Of a DNA stretch of 14,752 nucleotides, positions 1 to 5,911 are shown piece by piece; position 1 is the first letter of the stretch, and each line of letters opens with the position of its first letter. Source of the stretch: a bacterium. GTDB lineage: Bacteria; Zhuqueibacterota; Zhuqueibacteria; Oceanimicrobiales; Oceanimicrobiaceae. The translations under genes were made by a program, and so were the position numbers. The stretch covers positions 1-14,752 of the forward strand of contig JBHHYI010000100.1 in assembly GCA_046757525.1 (NCBI GenBank), read 5' to 3'. The notes under the pieces were generated by a model. That model was not told where the DNA came from, ran no database searches, and saw only the letters and a program-made list of their open reading frames with translations.

Positions 1-537
1 AAAACCCCAGATTTTCCCGTCCGCTGTTTTCAGCCCTGACCGGTGCTTTGCGGGATCATGCACGTGTTTTTTCTGATTTCTTGCCAAGAACTCACAGTCG
101 ATACAAATGATCTTGCCATTGAGTACCGCAGATTTTGCTTGTTCTTCTGTCATCCTCGTGCTGGAGGTGCCCAACAGACCGTGTTGAGTAACCAAGGCAT
201 ACATGGGAAAGAACATGAGAAACATGATCACCGCCAAAGAAAAAGAAGCGGCGGCCGGGCGATAAACAAACAAAGATTGAAGCAGTTGTCCAAAACTCGG
301 AACTTCCCCTTTTCGCAACAATTGGCGCCGAATGCGCTTATGCAAATAAGAGGGTGCTCTGAAAACGGGAAAGCGTTCCTTCACCAATTGCTTCAGATTC
401 ATTTCACTCAAGTACCGACCATGGCAATCCGGACATTCGCTTAAATGTTTCCTCACCGCTTTCTCATCATTAACATCAAGTTCCTGGTCAATTAACCCGG
501 TGATTAATGAAGCAAATTTATAACAGTACTTCTTCAT
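1..537 (-). CDS. Membrane-anchored zinc-binding anti-sigma factor (zf-HC2/ZAS), partial, runs off the window's left edge
   Basis: Not in the ORF track; translated by hand. It has an ATG at 537 behind a GGAGGT Shine-Dalgarno and stays open for 179 codons to base 1: MKKYCYKFASLITGLIDQELDVNDEKAVRKHLSECPDCH... It carries an N-terminal Cys plus the HxxxCxxC motif (H31, C35, C38), a hydrophobic segment AAASFSLAVIMFLMFFPMYALV, then ...NGKIICIDCEFLARNQKKHVHDPAKHRSGLKTADGKIWGF. It lies directly downstream of an ECF sigma gene. Confidence 0.92.
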   Translation of the reverse strand, partial: MKKYCYKFASLITGLIDQELDVNDEKAVRKHLSECPDCHGRYLSEMNLKQLVKERFPVFRAPSYLHKRIRRQLLRKGEVPSFGQLLQSLFVYRPAAASFSLAVIMFLMFFPMYALVTQHGLLGTSSTRMTEEQAKSAVLNGKIICIDCEFLARNQKKHVHDPAKHRSGLKTADGKIWGF

Positions 538-571
538 CGCTAAAATTTACCTCCACATTTTTGTAGATTCA

Positions 572-1192
572 TTAATTTTCTTTAGTTAGACCATGATTCG
601 ATTTATTGATAAATCCATTCTTAATGGCGTAGTCCCTTAGATGGATTTGCAGTTGCCTTCTGCCCCTTGAAAGGCGGGACATCACCGTGCCGATGGGGCA
701 GCCAACCATTTCAGCAATTTCTTTATACGAAAAATCCTCTATGTCGGCCAGCAACACAACCATCCGGAATTCATCGGGCAATTGGGACAACGCTGCCTTG
801 ATTTCGTCATCGAACAGTCCCACGTAGTTAGATTCATCGAATTTTTCCAGTTGCTGATCGTAATTGTCGCTGCCATCTTCAGAATAAGTGTAATTGACCT
901 TCTCAAAGTCTACCTTTAACGGTTCCCTGGACTTTTTGCGGTACTGATTTATGTAAGTGTTCGTGAGTATCTTAAAGATCCAGGCCTTGAAGTTGGTACC
1001 CTGGTCAAATTTATGAAAAAACCGAAATGCCCGCAAGAATACATCCTGAACCAAATCTTCAGCGTCTAGTTCGTTCTTGGTCATTCTTAACGCCGTGTTA
1101 TACAAAGAATTCAGATGTTCGAAGGCGTGTTCTTCAAACTCCTTTTTCTTGATCAAGACATTGTATAACTTTACATCATGAATATCTGACAT
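572..1192 (-). CDS. ECF-family RNA polymerase sigma-70 factor, SigH/SigR-like
   Basis: Region 2 reads DAEDLVQDVFLRAFRFFHKFDQGTNFKAWIFKILTNTYINQYRK and region 4 reads LPDEFRMVVLLADIEDFSYKEIAEMVGCPIGTVMSRLSRGR. At 206 aa it has only these two regions and is followed by a ZAS anti-sigma gene. Confidence 0.95.
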   Translation of the reverse strand: MSDIHDVKLYNVLIKKKEFEEHAFEHLNSLYNTALRMTKNELDAEDLVQDVFLRAFRFFHKFDQGTNFKAWIFKILTNTYINQYRKKSREPLKVDFEKVNYTYSEDGSDNYDQQLEKFDESNYVGLFDDEIKAALSQLPDEFRMVVLLADIEDFSYKEIAEMVGCPIGTVMSRLSRGRRQLQIHLRDYAIKNGFINKSNHGLTKEN

Positions 1193-1223
1193 TTGAGTTT
1201 TTATTTCATAACTTCAAACAATC

Positions 1224-1250
1224 AACTCTAATCAGTTTGTTGGTAATTCC
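1224..1250 (-). promoter_or_regulatory. Candidate proximal ECF promoter GGAAT-N19-GTTG
   Basis: Minus-strand GGAAT at 1250-1246 and GTT at 1226-1224 with a 19-nt spacer, about 30 nt upstream of the sigma ATG. It resembles the SigR/SigH consensus with a spacer one base longer. Confidence 0.4.
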
Positions 1251-1289
1251 ATGTTAGACAATTGCTGTATTCAAGCTGTCAAAATGGGA

Positions 1290-1315
1290 AACAGCATATT
1301 GGTCTAAATTATTCC
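1290..1315 (-). promoter_or_regulatory. Candidate autoregulatory ECF promoter GGAAT-N18-GTT
   Basis: Minus strand reads cgGGAAT (1315-1311), aatttagaccaatatgct (18 nt), GTT (1292-1290). This matches the Streptomyces SigR / mycobacterial SigH consensus and lies in the intergenic gap upstream of a SigH/SigR-like gene. Confidence 0.55.
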
Positions 1316-1320
1316 CGTCA

Positions 1321-1881
1321 TCAGAGGTCGGATTCATCTTTCCAGCGCACGATCCGCCACTTGCCATCTTCCTCATTTTTCGCAAAGGTAAAGATGGCGG
1401 TTCCCGTCAAAATAAAATTGAATTCCGGCCCAAAAAGATTCAGATTGAATCTTATGAATATTTTCTCCTGGTTATTCTGACGAACCTGGAATATGGTGTT
1501 TAACCAGATCAAATCAATGACCTCAAAACTACGAAAAAGCTGACCCGTGGTCATCAGATCCACATCTCGCCCCCAGGTCAGGAAGCCACCCGACGGTTCC
1601 AGATTAGGATCAAAATACTCGAATATGAAGGACTTATCCAGAACATCGCTGTAGAGCAAAGAGTCTTGAAAAACGTAGGCATATCTGAAGTTTTGCAGTA
1701 CCTCCTCCGGCGTCTTTTGCTCTGTTATTACGTTGGATGTATCCGCTGTTTTGTCCAGCTCGGGGGCAAAGGGATTAAAACAGCTCCAGTGGAGTGAAGC
1801 ACCCAAAGCAACGACCAGAACGATAAAACAGTTCTGCTTCTTCAGGAAACTGCAACGGCAGCAGTGTACAAACTTGTGCAT
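1321..1881 (-). CDS. Hypothetical lipoprotein, possibly NTF2/SnoaL-like fold (start uncertain; ORF extends to TTG at 1929)
   Basis: The hydrophobic stretch FIVLVVALGASLHWS followed by C-FNPFAP resembles a signal peptidase II site. TPEEVLQNFRYAY...LDKSFIF and the C-terminal GKWRIVRWKDES are typical of NTF2-like folds. ATG 1881 gives a more normal signal peptide length than TTG 1929. Confidence 0.75.
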   Translation of the reverse strand: MHKFVHCCRCSFLKKQNCFIVLVVALGASLHWSCFNPFAPELDKTADTSNVITEQKTPEEVLQNFRYAYVFQDSLLYSDVLDKSFIFEYFDPNLEPSGGFLTWGRDVDLMTTGQLFRSFEVIDLIWLNTIFQVRQNNQEKIFIRFNLNLFGPEFNFILTGTAIFTFAKNEEDGKWRIVRWKDESDL

Positions 1882-1964
1882 GGCGACTTTTGCAGGAAGA
1901 ACAAAAAAGCGGTGCTTCGCTGCAATCAAAGCACCGCTTAAAGTGGAAACATCCTATGGGTCTA

Positions 1965-2600
1965 TTATTTAAGTTTGAAAATAACGGGAATGCTTACCCA
2001 GACTGCAACGGCTTTATCTCTTTGGCGCGCGGGTTTCCATTTCACACTCTTAATAGCTTTGACGGCTGCCTCATCACATCCACTATGGCCCAGTCCCTTC
2101 AAGATCTTCGTATCTTTGACTTTTCCTGTTGCATCGACCAGCACGTGCACAATCACGCGGCCTTCAATGCCAACCTTGCGGGCGATTTCGGGATACCTCA
2201 AAGCTCTTTGAATGGCCCTGAACCCACCAATTGGTTTGGGAGGTTCGTCGTAAGCCACAAACACCACCGTGCCTTCATCTTCAGGAGGCGGCGGGGGCGG
2301 TGGAATCTCAGACAAGTCAAGCTCTGTGGATTCGATGGTCAAATCCTCTGGCACGTTTTCATCCTCAGTGGGAATGGGAATCGATGGTTTCGGTGGCGGT
2401 GGTGGCAACTTGACCTGTTCGGTCGGAGGAATATCTTCAACTTCAATGGTTATGTCGGGTGTCTCTGTTTCACCAGCGGCCAGGCTAAAGGTACGAAGCA
2501 ACTGAAAAATACCTACCATGGCGGCCAAGGAGATAACCAAACTCAGCTCAAAAACCTTGCGGTATCTGAGCTTTAAACTTGCCTCAGGGTTTTTTCTCAT
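1965..2600 (-). CDS. tonB: Energy transducer TonB
   Basis: N-terminal TM anchor (VFELSLVISLAAMVGIFQLL), a Pro/Glu-rich linker (LPPPPPKPSIP, IPPPPPPPEDE), and a TonB_C domain (LRYPEIARKVGIEGRVIVHVLVDATGKV...CDEAAVKAIKSVKWKPA...VSIPVIFKL). It follows exbBDD. Confidence 0.95.
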   Translation of the reverse strand: MRKNPEASLKLRYRKVFELSLVISLAAMVGIFQLLRTFSLAAGETETPDITIEVEDIPPTEQVKLPPPPPKPSIPIPTEDENVPEDLTIESTELDLSEIPPPPPPPEDEGTVVFVAYDEPPKPIGGFRAIQRALRYPEIARKVGIEGRVIVHVLVDATGKVKDTKILKGLGHSGCDEAAVKAIKSVKWKPARQRDKAVAVWVSIPVIFKLK

Positions 2601-2611
2601 GACACATCACC

Positions 2612-3025
2612 TCACAAAACTGGTTTGGCTGAATAGTTTATGTTTAACGCATCGGCCTCTCTCAACTCTTCATGTATGTCCGTAACCACGCCCATCTTGG
2701 CATCTTTATCGATTTTCAGGGAGACCACCCGCAGTGGATGCATGGGATCAAGACGCTTCTTGTACATGATCTTGGAAATATTCTTGACCGGAACCATTCT
2801 GTCGTCGATAGAAACCTGGCCATCCTTGCTGACCCACAAGTAGGCAACGTCCCGCTTGCCTTGCAGCTTTTCGATTTTCCTGGCATTCGGGAGTTTTATC
2901 GGCAATCCAGAAAATTCCTTAAAAACAGAAGAAACCATAAAAAAAATCAAGAGCAAAAACACAATATCAGGCAACGAAGCTAAAGGGATACCTGACTGAG
3001 CTTTTTGCTTGCCTTCGAATTTCAA
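2612..3025 (-). CDS. exbD: Biopolymer transport protein ExbD/TolR (second copy)
   Basis: TM segment IPLASLPDIVFLLLIFFMV with the conserved Asp and periplasmic motif VSLKIDKDAKMGVVTDIHEELREA. TTG start with an AAGGAG SD 9 nt upstream. Confidence 0.93.
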   Translation of the reverse strand: MKFEGKQKAQSGIPLASLPDIVFLLLIFFMVSSVFKEFSGLPIKLPNARKIEKLQGKRDVAYLWVSKDGQVSIDDRMVPVKNISKIMYKKRLDPMHPLRVVSLKIDKDAKMGVVTDIHEELREADALNINYSAKPVL

Positions 3026-3066
3026 TGGACCTCACTCCTTCGGTTTAAACCGCTATTTTAACAGTT

Positions 3067-3468
3067 CTATTTTGCAGGTTCGGCGATAGAGATTCTCGCT
3101 GCTTTAGCTAACTTAAGCTCATCCAACGCTTGCACATAGACGTTGTATTTGGTTTCGACATCCGTTTTAACGGACACGATCAATTTCGGATTCTCCGCAA
3201 TTTTCTGTCGGATAATCTGGTTTATTTCGTGAACGGCAACGAGCTCATTATCTATCAGAATCTCGCCTTGTGCGTTGATTAAAAGGTTGGTAATGTTCTT
3301 GCTTCGGATTTGCGTTTCTTGTCCCTTGGCAGGCAAAGTAAGACCAATGCCTCGGTCGACATCAATGGTCGTGGTGACAAGAAAAAATATCAACAAAAGA
3401 AAAGCGATGTCAGCCAACGAAGCCATTGGTATTTCAGCTAATCGCGTCTTTTTCTTTTCTACTAACAT
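3067..3468 (-). CDS. exbD: Biopolymer transport protein ExbD/TolR (first copy)
   Basis: EIPMASLADIAFLLLIFFLVTTTI with the conserved Asp, and VSVKTDVETKYNVYVQALDELKLA. AAGGAG SD upstream of the ATG. Confidence 0.93.
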   Translation of the reverse strand: MLVEKKKTRLAEIPMASLADIAFLLLIFFLVTTTIDVDRGIGLTLPAKGQETQIRSKNITNLLINAQGEILIDNELVAVHEINQIIRQKIAENPKLIVSVKTDVETKYNVYVQALDELKLAKAARISIAEPAK

Positions 3469-3547
3469 ACACCAAAGCTCCTTGCAAAAGGTTTAAGACT
3501 ATCTCCTGGAAAAATATTGCCCAAGCAGATTCTAACGGATTCTGAAA

Positions 3548-4168
3548 TTACGCTTTCTTTTCCATTTCTATTAGCGTATCTACAAAATCCACTGAACTTT
3601 CTTCCATGTCCACAATCAGTTTGTCGACTTTTGAGACAAAGAAGTTGTTCGCAGTTTGGATTATGATAGCCACGACCAGACCGAACAAGGTTGTCAACAA
3701 CGCGACCGAGATACCCCCGGCCACAATCGAAGGTGAGATATCATTGGCCTTTTCAATGGCCTTAAAGGCTTCAATCATGCCCCAAACTGTTCCGAGGAAT
3801 CCCAACATGGGGGCAACACTCACGATCGTGGATAGCCAAACCAGGCCTTTTTCCAAAAAGGCCATCTCGATCGTTCCAGCGTTCATGATCGCTTTTTCCA
3901 CATGCTCAATTCCTCGATCCACTCTTAACAATCCGGCGTGAAAAATAGAGGCAACAGGTCCGCGAGTGTTGGCACATACTTCAGTCGCTGCCTGTACGCC
4001 GCCTTCGCTTAAAGCTTGTTTTATTTTCATTAGAAACTTTCGAGTATTGATTGATGCACGAGAAAGGGTCCACAGGCGCTCCAAACTGATTGCAATTCCG
4101 ATCACCAGACAGGCCAATATGGGCCACATGAATCCTCCACCCTGATTGAACAAATCAAGAAAGTTCAT
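3548..4168 (-). CDS. exbB: MotA/TolQ/ExbB proton channel family protein
   Basis: GGGFMWPIL...SLERLW, then LEKGLVWLSTIVSVAPMLGFLGTVWGMIEAF and VAGGISVALLTTLFGLVVAI. GGGAGG SD upstream. Confidence 0.95.
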   Translation of the reverse strand: MNFLDLFNQGGGFMWPILACLVIGIAISLERLWTLSRASINTRKFLMKIKQALSEGGVQAATEVCANTRGPVASIFHAGLLRVDRGIEHVEKAIMNAGTIEMAFLEKGLVWLSTIVSVAPMLGFLGTVWGMIEAFKAIEKANDISPSIVAGGISVALLTTLFGLVVAIIIQTANNFFVSKVDKLIVDMEESSVDFVDTLIEMEKKA

Positions 4169-4247
4169 TACTCTTTTTCCTCCCTTAAATGGTTAGATTA
4201 GGTGAGATACAACAAAAGATATTAATTATACTGAACTAATTGAAAAA

Positions 4248-4276
4248 ATTATAAATAATTTTTGAGTAAAAGTCAA
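4248..4276 (-). promoter_or_regulatory. Sigma70-type promoter of the exbB-exbD-exbD-tonB operon
   Basis: Minus-strand TTGACT (4276-4271), a 17-nt spacer and TATAAT (4253-4248) give 11 of 12 consensus matches with ideal spacing. It sits in an AT-rich gap about 80 nt upstream of the exbB ATG. Confidence 0.85.
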
Positions 4277-4290
4277 CACTTTTTTGACTT
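4270..4290. repeat. Perfect inverted repeat AAGTCAA-N7-TTGACTT overlapping the -35 box
   Basis: Plus strand: aagtcaa (4270-4276), cactttt, ttgactt (4284-4290). Confidence 0.6.
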
Positions 4291-4318
4291 AAGATTTCAG
4301 AATTGTAAAACTTCAAAT

Positions 4319-5902
4319 TCAATCGAGGCTCAAACCAGCAATCTTTGCGGCCTGGGAAAACAACTTGAGAGCCCTCCGAACTTGCCGGTCTTCTGAGACT
4401 TCGATCTGATAATACTCCCGGGCGCCCCACAGACTTCGAGCAATTTGACTTTTCAGCCGCCGTTTAATGAACGCTAAATCACTGTCTATACTGGCTTCGT
4501 CGACTGCAATCTTCTTGGTACGAGCCAGTTTCTTGAAATCTCTGAGCAGGCCATCTGTAATTCTGAACTGCTCTCTAAAGAATTCAAAATCCCTGGACAA
4601 CTCCTTGTGACGTGTGGCAAAGTTGGACCCGTATTCAAGAAATACCTGGCTTTGTATTAGCTTAGCGGTGGATAAATTTGTCTTTTCCGATGGCACGATT
4701 ATGTCCGGGGTTATGCCACCACCGCCATAGACTTTGCGGCCCGAACTGGTTGTGAATGAAGGCTGGTGTAGAGAACTGTCGGGCGTCGCGTTGGGATCCA
4801 CATCGTCAAACCCCTGGGCCAGATAATCCTTGATGCCGTTTTCGTAGGACCGTTGAATGAGTCTGCCGCTGGGGGTGTAGTAGCGGGCCACCGTCACCCG
4901 AATCGCGGAGCCATCTTTGAGTTCAATTTGGTTCTGCACCAACCCTTTGCCGAAACTCGTCTCTCCAACGATGAGACCACGATCCCAATCTTGCATCGCG
5001 CCGGCAAGAATTTCTGAGGCGCTGGCGGAGCCGTGATTGATCAGGACGATCAATGGCATGGTGGGATGGGTAGCCTCTGTGGTAGCGTAGTAATCCTCAT
5101 TTGAATTCTCAGTTCTTCCGCGGGTGTAAACGATTCGCTTACCCCCGTCCAGAAATTTATCTGCAATTTCCACCGCCTGCTCAAGATATCCGCCGGAGTT
5201 GTCTCTCAAGTCGACGATCAACTGTTTCAACCCTTTCGACTCCAGCTCTTCGAGGGCGTTTTCAAACTCCTCATTGGTCGTCTTGGAAAACTTGCCGATT
5301 CTGATGTAACCGGTTGATTTGTCGATCATAAAATAAGTGGTAATGCTGTAGAGCGGAATCGAATCTCTGGTGATGCGCAACTCGATGGCTTCCTTTTGCC
5401 CGGGTCGTTTAATGGTTATCACGACTTGACTGTTCTTCGGCCCGCGAAGCTGGATCATGATTTCATCTTCAGAGGCCCCGTAAGTCGAATGGCCTTCGAT
5501 TTTGACAATCTGGTCTCCCGGTCGTATGCCTAACTTTTCCGAAGGTGTGTCGGGGATAGGGGCAATGACCGTTGGGATTTTGTTTTGCAGGACAAACTCC
5601 ACGCCGATGCCTTCAAAGGCGCCTTCAAATTCTTCGTTGATGTCCTTCAGTCTTTCCGACGATATGTAAACCGTGTGCGGGTCCAATTCCCCAAGCATAC
5701 CGTTGATGGCGCCTGTCACCAATTTTTCCGGATCCACATCTTCCACATAATATCGCTGCACAACCTGCACGACCTGAATGAACCGCTGAATTTGGTCGTA
5801 AATGTTTGCGCTGTTGGCAAATACTTGCCACTTGATGGCAAACGAAGCCAACAAAAGGAGGAGAAATAAGATGCCAACCTGTGATTTTCTAAGTCTCTTC
5901 AT
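4319..5902 (-). CDS. S41 family carboxy-terminal processing protease (CtpA/Prc-like, PDZ domain)
   Basis: N-terminal signal/anchor, then LDPHT, PDZ motifs FEGIGVEF and GIRPGDQIVKIEG, DLRDNSGG, the catalytic Ser motif SASASEI, the Lys motif GETSFGKGLVQ, TVARYYTPSGR and GGGITPDI. Confidence 0.96.
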   Translation of the reverse strand: MKRLRKSQVGILFLLLLLASFAIKWQVFANSANIYDQIQRFIQVVQVVQRYYVEDVDPEKLVTGAINGMLGELDPHTVYISSERLKDINEEFEGAFEGIGVEFVLQNKIPTVIAPIPDTPSEKLGIRPGDQIVKIEGHSTYGASEDEIMIQLRGPKNSQVVITIKRPGQKEAIELRITRDSIPLYSITTYFMIDKSTGYIRIGKFSKTTNEEFENALEELESKGLKQLIVDLRDNSGGYLEQAVEIADKFLDGGKRIVYTRGRTENSNEDYYATTEATHPTMPLIVLINHGSASASEILAGAMQDWDRGLIVGETSFGKGLVQNQIELKDGSAIRVTVARYYTPSGRLIQRSYENGIKDYLAQGFDDVDPNATPDSSLHQPSFTTSSGRKVYGGGGITPDIIVPSEKTNLSTAKLIQSQVFLEYGSNFATRHKELSRDFEFFREQFRITDGLLRDFKKLARTKKIAVDEASIDSDLAFIKRRLKSQIARSLWGAREYYQIEVSEDRQVRRALKLFSQAAKIAGLSLD

Positions 5903-5911
5903 ACCGCACCT

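Noticed and set aside
43..444. Plus-strand 133-aa ORF
   Set aside because: It is an antisense shadow of the anti-sigma gene, which has clear motifs and an SD; this ORF has no recognisable features.
1251..1282. Perfect TTGACA (1282-1277, minus strand) upstream of the sigma gene as a sigma70 promoter
   Set aside because: The nearest -10-like hexamer, TAACAT (1256-1251), is 20 nt away, and no acceptable -10 lies at 16-18 nt.
1262..1480. Plus-strand 72-aa ORF
   Set aside because: It is mostly antisense to the lipoprotein gene, has a TTG start without an SD and shows no motif.
1890..2576. Plus-strand 228-aa ORF and Gly-rich ORF 2269-2505
   Set aside because: Both are antisense shadows of tonB; the Gly/Arg runs mirror its poly-Pro codons.
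2939..2946. A8 homopolymer in exbD (and T8 at 10192-10199 in the PorV-like gene) as phase-variation tracts
   Set aside because: The runs are short, both genes are in frame, and the tracts are explained by Ile-Phe-Phe and Val-Lys-Lys-Ile codons.
3041..3052. 12-bp palindrome CGGTTTAAACCG just upstream of the second exbD SD
   Set aside because: It is a single short occurrence with no U-tract and too weak a stem to assign a function.
4200..4318. Fur box upstream of exbB, and 64-aa ORF 4236-4430
   Set aside because: The region is AT-rich but has no convincing GATAATGATAATCATTATC match; the ORF overlaps the protease 3' end out of frame and runs across the promoter.
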